Shown: positions 51,095-62,960 of the stretch, one piece after another
How the letters are laid out: each line of letters opens with the position of its first letter
Numbering within the stretch: position 1 is the stretch's first letter
NCBI RefSeq assembly: GCF_001194135.2
Contig: NC_068984.1
Span: forward strand, 1,766,782 to 1,830,781
Source: Octopus bimaculoides
Lineage: Eukaryota
Reading direction: 5' to 3'
DNA: 64,000 nt
Notes under the pieces: generated by a model
What the model was told of the DNA's origin: nothing
Database searches by the model: none
The model's input: only the letters and a program-made list of their open reading frames with translations
Position numbers and translations under genes: made by a program

Positions 51095-51372
51095 AGTCCA
51101 CACTGTAAAGTGGTTGGCATTTGGAAGGGCGTCCAGCTGTAAAAACCTTACCAAAACTGACCTCATAGCCTGTGCTTGTGCCATGTAAAAAGCACTAAGT
51201 CCTCTCTGCTGAGTGGTTGGTGTTTGGAAGGGCATCCGGCTGTAAAAATCCCGGCAAAGCAGTCACAGGAGCCTGGTGCAGGCTTCTGCCTGGCCGGCTC
51301 TTGTGAAACTGTCCCACCCATGCCAGCATGGAAGGTGGACGTTAAACAATAATGATGATGATGATGATGATG
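51095..51372 (+). mobile_element. RTE-family 3' tail carrying two copies of the GGTTGG..GGAAGGGCATCC module
   Basis: Modules near 51111 and 51215; (GAT)n end. Confidence 0.8.
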
Positions 51373-51379
51373 AATGGCT

Positions 51380-51482
51380 TCAAATTTTGGCACAAGGCCA
51401 GCAGTTCCAGGGGAGCAGGTAAATCCGATTAGATTGACTTTCCCTGCACTCTTATTTTAATGACTCCGAAAGGATGAAAGAT
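51380..51482 (-). mobile_element. SINE family B, 3' part
   Basis: ttattttaatgactccgaaaggatgaaag. Confidence 0.65.
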
Positions 51483-51553
51483 AAATGATAACAGCCTCAG
51501 TCCAAGAATGACCAGCAGAACCAGGTTGTTAGAGGTAAAATGAAGACACTAAC

Positions 51554-51646
51554 CTGTAGTTCGTCCAGGATGCTCCTGACCACTAAAGTCTTACCAGTTC
51601 CTGTGTGTCCATAGATGAATAAAGCTGGTGGCGAGATTTGAGATTT
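51554..51646 (-). CDS. ORC5: ORC5 exon 2 (KSQISPPALFIYGHTGTGKTLVVRSILDELQ), Walker A
   Basis: Acceptor tttttaccag, donor CAG|gttagt; 93 nt. Confidence 0.97.
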
Positions 51647-52669
51647 CTGGTAAAAAGATGCGAAGAGAAAAAAAAAAAACATTCAAATGAATTTTGTGAA
51701 AAACTCAACAGATTGGTTTTTGTATGAGTTGGAGAAATATTAGAGGAAAGACATGACAGGGCCTTGTCCACCTTGACCCTTCAGTATTCAGAACTACTCA
51801 GTCAAATGTAAGGCTTGTTTGCTTCACATTACTTTGAATTTTTCATGCATTATCTCATTGCTAAAAGATTTTGATGATGTGATTGCTTATTTTTAGAATG
51901 GCATTGTAGGATAAGTGTAAGAGGCTGGATCAGATCAGTTTGAACATAGAACAAGGAGAATATTGGGGCTGGATATGACTGGTTTAAAGGCTGAAAGGTC
52001 AAAACTTGTTAATTCACTCGGGTCTCTTCCTCCTCACCACTATCATCACAGTTTGTTGTAATAAACAACATAGAGAAGGCTCTAATGAAACCAGTGACAG
52101 CTACGTTTAGCAGAGTCCACTTGATGGGTCACCAGGCGTATGGTATGAATGGATACTCTCCTCCTTTCAACCTGTTGGTTATGATGGGGGAGCCCCAGAC
52201 TGGCCATCACTGCAGCCCTTCCGTTTTTCACCAAAACAGTTTAAAAATAGAATAAATCTATTGTTGTGAGGAAGATGAAGTATAATATTTTAGCCAATCC
52301 TTCTTACTCTCTGATGAATGGCCTCACCTGAAGTGTGAGGCTGAATAGTTAGGGTGTGGCATCAACACTCCAACCCAATTGTTAGATCATTGTTTCGATT
52401 CATGGTCAGGAGAGTGACTTGTGTTCTTGAACAAAACACTTCCATTTCACATTGCTCCAGTCCACTCAGCCGTAAATGAGTTCCCCTGCAATGGACTGGC
52501 ATCCCATCCAGGGGGAATGCCAGGATTTTGGCCACTTTTAAGCCATGAAAACTGGGTAACTGGCCCGAAGAATCCTAGAACTTGAGGCAGTAAGGATAAT
52601 GAAGATGATGATGATGATGCTGAAATATTAGATTCTTTTCCCTTTCTTGTTCCAAACCAATCTATTCCA

Positions 52670-52812
52670 CTACACCCTGTAAAGTGGTTGGTGTTCGGAA
52701 GAGCATCCAGCCATAGAAATTGTTCTGAATCAGACTGGAACCTGGTGCAGCTCTCCAGTTCAGCAGTTCCAGTCAAACTGTCTGACCCATGCCAGCAGGG
52801 AAAGTGGACACT
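52670..52812 (+). mobile_element. RTE-family 3' tail copy
   Basis: Shared motif. Confidence 0.7.
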
Positions 52813-54121
52813 AAATAACAGACAGATAGATACATACATACATATCTATCTATAAATAAAAAGATAGGCAAATTTGACATGTGGTTACTAAAGGCCAGTT
52901 TTAATCAGTTGGCAATGTCAACCAGTGTAGATCGACTTTTTGGCCATCATCATATTGTTGGCTCTGCTCTATATCTCAAGCGATCCACCAAAGGTCACAC
53001 TAATATATATACATGTAAGTCAATAAATGAATAACAACTCTAATACAATTGTCACATACGCAGAACTGGCCAACCCAAGTCAAGTAATTCAAAAAATATT
53101 CTTAGTTCTCACTATAAATATTCCGGTTTAGTGGCCAACAGCTCTTTTGTCATTCATTCCAACATATGTGACTAATGTTGTCGACATTGTGAGAAATCTC
53201 TCAACAGCTCCACTCCCACAGAAATAGTTTGGATATGTGTAGAAGTATACAATTAAGAAGAGCATTCATTAAGAAATAAATGTTTAATTCATCCAGAAGT
53301 GCTTATATTTGCTTCATTATTCATAATTAAAGTATCCATCCATGGGTGAGGGTTGCCTATTTCTGAGGTAGAAGAAATAAATTATAACATTATAAAGATG
53401 CTGTATAAAATTGGTTGAAGAATAGTACCGAAAAAATTGGTCAGTTTAAATAGAACTGGTTATTTATGGGTTAGTGAGAAAGTTGGTCAGTTGTGGCTGA
53501 CCAGTAATGAGAGTGAAAGAGAGTTGGCCAAACACAATCTCTCCCAGAACATTAAATCACCACTTGACTCTTTTCTTTTCTTTTTTTTGTCACAAAATAA
53601 TTATTAATTTAAGCAAAAAATACCCAAACATTAGCAACAATTATAATAAAAATACAATAATCATAATTTTTATTGGGAANNNNNNNNNNNNNNNNNNNNN
53701 NNNNNNNNNNNNNNNNNNNNNNNNNNNNNNNNNNNNNNNNNNNNNNNNNNNNNNNNNNNNNNNNNNNNNNNNNNNNNNNNNNNNNNNNNNNNNNNNNNNN
53801 NNNNNNNNNNNNNNNNNNNNNNNNNNNNNNNNNNNNNNNNNNNNNNNNNNNNNNNNNNNNNNNNNNNNNNNNNNNNNNNNNNNNNNNNNNNNNNNNNNNT
53901 TGCCTTTCATCCCTCTGGGGGTTGATGGAATGGACTAAATACCCTCCCCTAAAAATTTGCTGACTTTGTCCTTAAATTTGAAAATAATAATTCTTCTTCT
54001 TTATCATTATTATTATTATCATAATACAGACATTCAACTCGTTTCCTACAAATAATGAAATTCAGTTATTTGTAATGACTTTGATAATTGTGGGGAATTT
54101 CTTGGTAATGTAAACAATACT

Positions 54122-54440
54122 CATCATCATCATCGTTTAACGTCCACTTTCCATGCTGGCATGGGCTGGACGGTTTGACTGAGGACTGGCGAGCCAGAAG
54201 GCCGCACCAGGCTTCAACCTGATCGGGCAGAGTTTCTACAACTGGATGCCCTTCCTAATGCCAATCACTCTGTTTGGTTACATCATCATCATCGTTTAAC
54301 GTCCACTTTCCATGCTGGCATGGGCTGGACGGTTTGACTGAGGACTGGCGAGCCAGAAGGCCGCACCAGGCTCCAATCTGATCGAGCAGAGTTTCTACAA
54401 CTGGATGCCCTTCCTAATGCCAACCACTCTGTTTGGTTAC
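54122..54440 (-). mobile_element. Two tandem RTE-family 3' tail copies
   Basis: A ~160-bp unit repeated twice, including its junction ctctgtttggttaca. Confidence 0.85.
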
Positions 54441-54850
54441 AAAGGTTAAATATGACACTGTTGTCAACTTACAAGCAGTTTGGTCCTGTTTTAAGGATTT
54501 CAGTGAAGATGGATTAAGTGAAGATGAATTAAGTGAAGATCGAGAGGAGAATGTGAAGAAGGGTTTGTTAAGTTCAGCTGCCACGAAGGGTAGGGGTGGG
54601 GGTTCAAGCTTCATCTAAGTGGGAAAGAGAAAGAATGTTTTATTGTGGCTTTGGTTGGAGGTAAGTATGTGATAAAGGACGGAGCTGACCAGGTAAAATT
54701 CTCCATACTCTATGAGTCAAAGTTTTCCAACTCTTTATTCAAATTTACTTTGAACTAAACATTACCATTCCTCTCTACAGTATCATCATCATCCCTGCCG
54801 CCACCGCCACCACCACCACCACCACCACTATTATCAACATTTTACTTTAC

Positions 54851-54940
54851 CTTTCCAAACAGATTGACAAGAAGTTGAATTTGCTTGGTGCGACAAGGCA
54901 AAGCGTTCTGAAGTTTGGCAACAGAGTCAAGAATTGGCAT
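54851..54940 (-). CDS. ORC5: ORC5 exon 1 (MPILDSVAKLQNALPCRTKQIQLLVNLFGK)
   Basis: ATG at 54940; donor AAG|gtaaag; 90 nt; resembles the ORC5 N-terminus (CR..Q...L..LFG). Confidence 0.92.
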
Positions 54941-55190
54941 CTTGTTCGAGAGTTGATGACCGAAGTGGAAAACCTAAAAAAATAGAATTAAGAAAATTCA
55001 TGTAAAAAGAATAATAATTAATAACAATTTACATGGCACCATCACTTGTGCCTTTTATGTGGCACAATTCTTTTGGTGAAGTTTGAGGTTTACATGTTCA
55101 TTGTGAGAAAGAGTATACAAAGGACATATCAGACACTGAGGTACATGCAGGACATCATAACTACAGTATAAGTGATTAGGTGTGACTATA

Positions 55191-55454
55191 CAGGGGTGAG
55201 TATGTGTGTAAAAGTAGGTATACAGTTATGAAAAAAAAACAAAAAAAAAACATGTACAATACTCATTTTCATAAAAAAAACTTTAAATTTACAAAAGAAG
55301 TATTATTTATAAATTATAATTAATGTATTATTCTGATTAATGACACTGAAAATATCAAAAATGAGGATAACTTAATTATTTTTTGATAAAAACAAACGAA
55401 TATTATACACGTATTCTTTTTTCATAACTGTATACCTACTTTTGCACCCTGCTG
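55191..55454. mobile_element. Tc1/mariner-type MITE
   Basis: TA flanks at 55189-55190 and 55455-55456; CAG termini; perfect 27-bp inverted repeat at 55210-55236 / 55417-55443. Confidence 0.8.
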
Positions 55455-55469
55455 TATGCCATTAGTATC

Positions 55470-55650
55470 ATCACCATCATTACTTAGCGTCCATTTTCCA
55501 TGCTGGCATGGGTTGGATGGTTCGACAGGAACTGGTAAGGCTGGGATTTGCACCAGGCTCCACTCATCTGTTTTGGTGTGGCTTATATAACTGGATGCCC
55601 TTCATAATGCCAACCACTTTACAGAGTGTACTGGGTGCTTCTTACGAGGC
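55470..55650 (-). mobile_element. RTE-family 3' tail copy
   Basis: Shared motif. Confidence 0.7.
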
Positions 55651-56018
55651 TGACAGGATCACCAAGTACCATGGAAGACAAAAATCCCTTCAGCTGGAAG
55701 GAAGGAGTAGCAGTGAGGGGCTGGTAAGCCAGAGGAAGGTATCAAGCTCCACTGTTTGTTTTGGCATGACTTCTATATGGCTGAGTATCTCTCATCAAAA
55801 TCATGACCACAAGTCTCCAGCAATGACTCATCGAGGATGTCTGGACTCTGTAACCTGAAACTGGCCATCTTGACAATTTCTGACCCCTGAGAATGTTTCT
55901 TTGTCTTGGCCCCAGTTGAGATGTCCCTGCCAGAAGACCCAACTCTTTCCTGCCCTAAACATAAAGGATCTGGCCATATTCAAGAAGTTGCAGAATCAAA
56001 AAGAATTTGCTGCAGCAT

Positions 56019-56160
56019 ATACGTTAGGAAGGGAATCCAGCTGTAGAAACTCTGCCAAATTTAGATTGGAGCCTGGTGTTGCCATCCGGTTTCACCAGTC
56101 CTCAGTCAAGTCGTCCAACCCATGCTAGCATGGAAAGCGGACGTTAAACGATGATGATGA
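56019..56160 (+). mobile_element. Young RTE 3' tail
   Basis: Near-identical to 22910-23050. Confidence 0.88.
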
Positions 56161-56439
56161 TATACATTACATTAAATCATCATCTATTTATGGTCTGCAG
56201 AAATTCCTCACAGCTGCCAACCATTTTCCTATGCTTGCATGGCTCAGATGGAATTTGCTGAGGCAGATTTCTATGCTCAGATGTCTTTCCAGTTGCAAAG
56301 CCTCACTTGTTTCCAGAAAGCAAGGTAAAATTTCTCCAAGGCCAGACATATTTTTCATGGAAGATTGGAAATGAACAATAATGCTTGTATGAACAGGGAA
56401 GCTTGTTTACAACCATCACATGAGGTCAGGACAAGGATA

Positions 56440-56615
56440 CAAACACACACATGTATACATTGAGCTTCTCTCAGTTTCTGTTTACCAAATCCATTCATGA
56501 GGCTTAGATTGGCCAGTGCTATAGAAGACCCTTGTCCAAGTGCCAAATGATGGAACTGAACCTGAGACCACAAGGTTAGGAAGCAAGCTTTTTATCTCCA
56601 TAGCCACACCTGTGT
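56440..56615 (-). mobile_element. SINE family A head
   Basis: Reverse complement of the head. Confidence 0.7.
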
Positions 56616-57699
56616 GTCAGGTTCATAAAATACCTGGCACACCCTGTAGACCATTATTTAATGTCAACAAACTGCATTCTCCAGGCTGAGTGGCAACAGA
56701 CTTATCAATCTTCATCTGTTTGAACATTTGTTGATTTTCTTTTGGAGACTCATTTCTATAATTCTATGAATGGTTTCAGTGAATTTCAAACAACTTCCTC
56801 TTTGGACAATCAAGTTCCACCTCCTCCTCCTCTTTCACCATTTCCTTCCTCCAAATAATCTAACATTCCATCCTATTGAGACAACAAGTTTACTCTGGGT
56901 TGATAGGTAACAACACATCACACACACACACACACACACTAGATGGTTGCATTCCACACATATATATACATACACACCAGAATAGCAACTAACAATGAGA
57001 CAAGAAGGAAGCAACCATGTAGTTGTCCAACCTCCTAGAAATAGCAGTCGAATCTCCTTAAAATTACACCCCAACCATCTGAAATAAAGACAGAACATAT
57101 CAGATAATATAGTCCTACACACCTATATAAAAGAGAGGATGGTCATGGCTGGAATGCCTTTGATCAGGAATGTACTTGATCAGCATTGACCCATGGTTAA
57201 ACAATAACAATAAGCAAAATATGTAATAGAAGAGTGTAACCAGTTTGATCTGGCACTGACATGATCTTCACAAGTTCATTGTCTGATGTAGCAGTAGTAG
57301 TAGAAGCAGCAGCAGCAGTAGTAGTAGTAGTAGTAACTTATAATGCAATAAACATACAGGACAATAAAAATGTTACCTTTGGGCAAGATCTAACAGGTTT
57401 CTAGTAATTCGCCAGGTAAATTTACAAGTCAGGGAACAACAACAATAACAACAGCATCAAACAGCAGAAAGAATAACAAAGAGACTTCTTTCTTTCTTTT
57501 CTTTCTTCTTCTTCCTAAACAACAATAACAACAACAGACGCAGCAAAGTATTTTTAGGAGAACTTTTAGGAGAACTGGTCTGACCGAGTCTCTCTCTCTT
57601 TCTCTTGCAAACATCTCTCCACCTCCAGGAATCTTTCAGGATCAACTCACACCCAACACTTGATAAACAGGTTTTACAGGTGAAATAGGTCACTGATTA

Positions 57700-57855
57700 A
57701 GCAACAAAGGTCAGAGGGGTTGTTGGAGAAATCACACACACACACACAATCTATCAGGAAACTCAGACATTGTTCTTTTGGATTCAAAAAAAAAAAAAAA
57801 TCACATTTCCCATTTTCAAAAATTCATCATCATCATTATTATTATTATTACTACT

Positions 57856-57907
<52 letters not shown>

Positions 57908-58055
57908 TTACAAGTTTGTAGGGAGGGGAAGCAATTCAAAGATGGCTGCAGTAAAAGCTTAGATAAGATTTGTGAGCAGGAATTAGCTTGGATTTCAAGA
58001 AATATTACAACAATCTAGGATAGAATATTTTCAAGAATTTGAAGCAGTCTTAAAG
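57700..58055 (+). other. Candidate non-coding 5'UTR exon of the LHFPL gene (start uncertain)
   Basis: The coding exon has an acceptor just upstream of its ATG, so an upstream exon is implied. Strong donor AAG|gtaaga at 58055 in a stretch with no recognisable TE. Confidence 0.35.
57837..57910. repeat. (TAT)n/(TAC)n trinucleotide tract
   Basis: Direct inspection. Confidence 0.9.
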
Positions 58056-58434
58056 GTAAGATGATCCAATTTTATGGAATGGTGAAAAGTTGATGTTTTT
58101 TTCAAAGGTGTATGGCATGGTTGGGTAAATTTAATTTCAAGGATAAAATGATTTCAGCAAAGTGTTTTATGAAAGTGAAATATGAAAAGAGCAAAATTAT
58201 ACCTGATCCCTTTCTTCCACTTTGGTCCTATCTGTAGGGTTGAATGGGGTTTAACAGGCACATCATGTGGGGTCCAGAACATGGAGGTTCACATGTATAT
58301 CTGAAGGCTCCCTCTTATAACACACAAACAGCTTCACTCTGGGATCCTAAAATCAATCTTAGTCCTCTTCACAAAATCTTTCATAGTGGCTATATATATA
58401 TATATACACACACATACAAATACATACATACATA

Positions 58435-58806
58435 GGTGCAGGAGTGGCCGTTTGGTAAGTAGCTTGCTAACCAACCACATGGTTCTGGGTTCAGTCCCAC
58501 TGCATGGGACCTTGGGCAAGTGGCTTCTACTATAGCCTCGGGCCAACCAAAGCCTTGTAGATGGATTTGGTAGACAGAAACTGAAAGAAGTCTGTCGTAT
58601 ATATGTGTGTGTGTGTGTGTTTGTCCCCACAACATCGCTTGACAACCGATGCTGGTGTGTTTATATCCTCATAACTTGGCGGTTCGGCAAAAGAGACCGA
58701 TAGAATAAGTACTAGGCTTACAAAGACTAAGTCCTAGGGTCGATTTGCTCGACTAAAGGTGGTGCTCCAGCATGGCCGCAGTCAAACGACTGAAACAAAT
58801 AAAAGA
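58435..58806 (+). mobile_element. SINE family A, full length (best reference copy)
   Basis: Box A TGGCCGTTTGG, box B GGTTCAGTCCC, internal (GT)n, tail ending aaacaaataaaaga. Confidence 0.9.
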
Positions 58807-58820
58807 GTATACAAACACAC

Positions 58821-59109
58821 ACAAGAGTTAAGGAATGAAGTTGATAAGATCCGGGCTACATGTTTCATAGCGAGCGGAACCTCAGAAATGGTAAATATCC
58901 AAGCAAGGTGTATACCGCAGGCTACTCTTCAAGCCAAGGGTCTCTTGATTAAATGCAAGTTTACATTGTCAGAAGGTGGTACATGTTAACACATGAAAGA
59001 TTCAATCAAAATCAATAAATATCGCTTGTATATTTACCATTTCTGAGGTTCCGTTCACTATGAAACATATGTAGCCTGGACCTTATCTACTCCATTCCTT
59101 AACTCTTGT
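58821..59109. mobile_element. MITE-like element with ~85-bp terminal inverted repeats
   Basis: acaagagttaaggaatg...ggaacctcagaaatggtaaata mirrored at 59020-59109. Confidence 0.8.
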
Positions 59110-59805
59110 ATTCTTATTCGCATACTCCACAATCCCACAAGCCTACCATGAAACACAAAAAAAAAACTTTTTTCAATTTATCGTAATTTGATATGGAAAA
59201 AGTCCACAACCTTCCGTCTCAATAAATCACTATAGACCTTGAAAGTTGTTTTTTTTTATATTTACTACGGATTGCTTGAAGCTAACTTTCTCCCTACTCT
59301 TCAATCCCTGGATCTTATATATTTATATATCATCATTGGTTAAGCACAATGCTAGTTTTGGAGGGCGGTATAACTGATAAAACTGTCCCAAGTATAATTG
59401 CTGAAAATCAATTAAGACAAAATAAATCTTNNNNNNNNNNNNNNNNNNNNNNNNNNNNNNNNNNNNNNNNNNNNNNNNNNNNNNNNNNNNNNNNNNNNNN
59501 NNNNNNNNNNNNNNNNNNNNNNNNNNNNNNNNNNNNNNNNNNNNNNNNNNNNNNNNNNNNNNNNNNNNNNNNNNNNNNNNNNNNNNNNNNNNNNNNNNNN
59601 NNNNNNNNNNNNNNNNNNNNNNNNNNNNNNNNNNNNNNNNNNNNNNNNNNNNNNNNNNNNNNNNNNNNNNNNNNNNNNNNNNNNNNNNNNNNNNNNNNNN
59701 NNNNNNNNNNNNNNNNNNNNNNNNNNNNNNNNNNNNNNNNNNNNNNNNNNNNNNNNNNNNNNNNNNNNNNNNNNNNNNNNNNNNNNNNNNNNNNNNNNNN
59801 NNNNN

Positions 59806-59841
<36 letters not shown>

Positions 59842-59970
59842 ATGTATATGTATATATATAAATTTAAAAATAGGATAAAATCTTTATAAGAATTTATCAA
59901 GTAGTCAGTGTGAAAAACCTCAAAATGGGAAAAATTATAATTATTCTTTTTAGATACATTTATTTATATT

Positions 59971-60131
59971 TATATTAAGGGCATTAATACACATAAATGC
60001 CTCACACTATGAGGGACTCTTAAAGTCAAAACTACCATAATAAATACTTATAAATACATAATTATGGTAGTCTTGACTTTATTAGTCCCTCACAACATGA
60101 GGCATTTGTGTGTATTAATGCCTTTAATATA
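59971..60131. repeat. Foldback palindrome, ~71-bp arms, 19-nt loop
   Basis: 59971-60041 is the imperfect reverse complement of 60061-60131. Confidence 0.88.
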
Positions 60132-61255
60132 AATATATATTTAACCTAGTCACAAGGGCTGCAATTTAATAAAAGGATTAGTTGGTTTATATGGGCCTCA
60201 GAATTTGGTTAATATTATTTTTTTTTCTTGATCCTGGAACGGTGAAAGGTAAAGTAGACCCTTGTAGGATCTTAAATGAATAAAAATTGACAAATAAAAT
60301 GGTTTCCTTAAGATTTTCTTTGTCTTCTTTATGCAAACTTAAATCTGGGCTTAACATCTCCCCTTAATTAAACATCAGCACCTGGCCCTTCAGTGGTTTG
60401 TAGGGTCTTTTAACAAAGTTAATCTTTTGGAAGTATTCAGGCAAGGGTCTCTGTCAGAGGATAACTTGGTGTCCTGATGTAGCACTGCTTCTTAATGCAG
60501 CAGCCCAGGTATCATGGTTCTACTTCCCCAGCCCCACAACCCCTGCAGTCTTGGAGACCTTATAAAAGGTTACGACTGCTGCTCTTGTCTCTCTGACACA
60601 GATGACTAAGATATTGCAGGACCCCTAAACTCACATCATTCAGACACTGTATTTTGGTCATTTTTTGCAAAGTTCTCTCACCTCATTTTCCATTCCCCAC
60701 CCCACTCGCTTCTTCTATTTTTCGTCAGTTCCACCGAACATACAAAGTTCCCAAAATTTACATTATTTCCTCATTTGGATTAGAAAAGCTGGGTCTCACC
60801 TGCGTCTACTGTATTTGGAAGGCTAAGAAACAACCTTGAACAAGTGATTTACCAGACAGTGATCCAAAGAGACACTGTACAACACTCTTATTTTCCAAAT
60901 CACAACCTTTGTCTTGGAAACATTGACCCTAAAATCTAAAGATAAACCAAAAGTAAAACTTGTTGAAATGTGCTGTTTAAGAGATGTCGTTACAAGACGT
61001 GCTTCCATAAGAGACCTCCACCTGACAGTTTCAAAGACTGACGAAGAGTTGGAAGAGATGGAAATGTAAGAAGACCGCCATACAATAATTATGAAATGCT
61101 GATGGTTTGTCAAGTCTTACCATACTCTACACAATACAGAAGAGTGTCTAAGAGGTAAATGTAGGCAACAGTAGAGGACAGAGTCCAGAAGTACTGAAAC
61201 GAACTAGATGTCATCAATGGTACGCGGATGGGATGCCAACTGCACTTTTGCCAAA

Positions 61256-61319
61256 GGACAAGAAGCCGAATGGACACAATGCCAAATGGACATAAAGCCG
61301 AACGGACAAGATGCTGAAA
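61256..61319 (+). repeat. Four copies of a 16-bp unit GGACAnnAnGCcgAAn
   Basis: Units start at 61256, 61272, 61288 and 61304. Confidence 0.75.
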
Positions 61320-61559
61320 AGACATGAAAATTAAAATTTATTCTCATTAAATCTAAAGTGCTGAATTGGTGAATTGGTCATTAAACTATGCAGGTAGGAT
61401 GCATTCGGCATCCTGTCCATGAATGGTCATTAACAATCTCTTCTGATTGTAGTGAGAGAAAATCAGGAAAGTTCTGAGGTAAGAGTGCTGAAGGCAGCAA
61501 CTTGCAAATCTCTGGAGGAAATCACGAGATGCTGGTTTTATTCCCCAAAACTTCCTCTT

Positions 61560-62660
61560 CCAGTTGGTCATACTAGTTTTTTAAGAAAAGAAACAAATTG
61601 CACCTAATAAATTACCATCCTATCTTACTAACCTCTCGTATCATCAAAATATTTGAGAGAGAGAGAGAGAGTGATGACATGAAGAATAATTGCTTTCCGA
61701 GAGGAAAACCATCCTCTACCCTCACAGTGTCCATGGTGGCAGAAACTGGGTGACATAACCCCCACACCACTTTTGATGACCTTTTCAATGCACTGAGTGA
61801 GGGCTCCAACACTGATGTGACAGACCTTGATTTCAGTAAAGCCTTTCACCGAGTCGATCCCAATGTAGTGTTAAAGAAACTATCTGACAGCGGAGTCTGT
61901 GGAAAGCTGATGAAATGGGTCGAGTGTTTCTTGAGAAACAAAACCCAACACATGAATGATGGAATCCAGCCAAGGAGTCCCACAGAGTACTGTGCTGGGC
62001 CCACTTTTTATTATTTATAGAAATGACATTGCAGATTCCATCAAACGTAGCAGCATGGAAATCTTTGCAGATGACTCCAAGCTTTAGGAAGTCATCAAAA
62101 GAGTGACCGATTGAATGAAACTTTAATCAGATCTATAAGCAGTAGACATGAGAAAAACAACTGATTGAGGAAAAATTTAAGCTCATCCACTTTGGAAAAG
62201 AGAGCATCTTCAAACCATATTCAGTGCCATCAGGAGACCGATTTGTACCATTGAATAATATCAGAGATTTAGGTGTAACTGTCAGCAAAAAATTTGTACA
62301 GCACATATTAACAAAGAAGTCGATATGGCCCTCAGAATGTGCTCATAGATGCTCAGAACTCTTCAGTCTAGAGTTCTGAGAATCCTGCTCTTCTCTACAT
62401 TTGCTGGGTCTCACTTCTAATACTGCTGCACAAAACAAAATATAATGTGGATTGAAAGATTGCAGAGAGTCTTGCTTTATTCAACATCATCCTGAAAGAA
62501 ATTAAGGTAGAAAAAGACCTCACAACATTCAAATGGTACCTGGACAAATTCCTCTAAAAAGTACCAGACAAACCACCAACACGTGGGTACGTCTCAGGCA
62601 GCAACAGCCCTGCTTGAATGGTCCACAGTGTCCCAAAGCAGGACTTAAAAGACCTCTCTA
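61560..62660 (+). mobile_element. Decayed CR1/L2-like LINE (RT region to 3' end)
   Basis: NY.PI.LTS..IKIFER; DLDFSKAFHRVD..VVLKKL..SGV.GKL.KW...FL; VLGP; IFADDSKL. Confidence 0.85.
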
Positions 62661-62749
62661 GGTACTGCTATTATGTTAGTCACAACCTGGGCTGATAATG
62701 GCTGAAATCAATTTAAGTTATTTAAGTGATGATAGTTGTAGAGAATTAA

Positions 62750-62960
62750 GTGGTAAGCTGGCAGAATCATTAACACACCGGGGAAGTGCTTAGCAGTATT
62801 TTGCCCATCACTATGCTCTGAATTCAAATTCTGCTGAGGTTGACTTTGTCTTTCATCCTTTCAGGGTCAATAAATTAAGCACCAGTGAAACACAGGGGTT
62901 GATCTAATCGACTAGTCCTCTCTCGACAAATTTCAGGCCTTGTGCCTACAGTAGAAAGGA
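62750..62960 (+). mobile_element. SINE family B
   Basis: agctggcagaatc...gaattcaaattc...ctttcatcctttcagggtcaataaattaagcaccag. Confidence 0.85.

Larger units (their letters stand above)
25316..54940 (-). other. ORC5: ORC5 gene span (origin recognition complex subunit 5), 14 coding exons, 446 aa
   Basis: Exons of 90+93+204+75+112+131+49+91+74+104+48+111+113+46 = 1341 nt join in frame with GT-AG boundaries. Walker A GHTGTGKT, Walker B-like [32 protein letters not shown], and C-terminus VNFDIIRYLYDFL match ORC5. Confidence 0.97.
12649..59805. other. Assembly gaps (N runs): 12649-12995, 16206-16961, 17482-17498, 18570-18856, 20894-21226, 22067-22830, 24096-24105, 31003-31012, 31948-32211, 37380-37389, 53680-53899, 59431-59805
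   Basis: Direct inspection. Confidence 0.95.

Noticed and set aside
58435-58510. tRNA-like box A/B sequences
   Set aside because: Heads of multi-copy SINEs; no cloverleaf or acceptor stem, so not tRNA genes.
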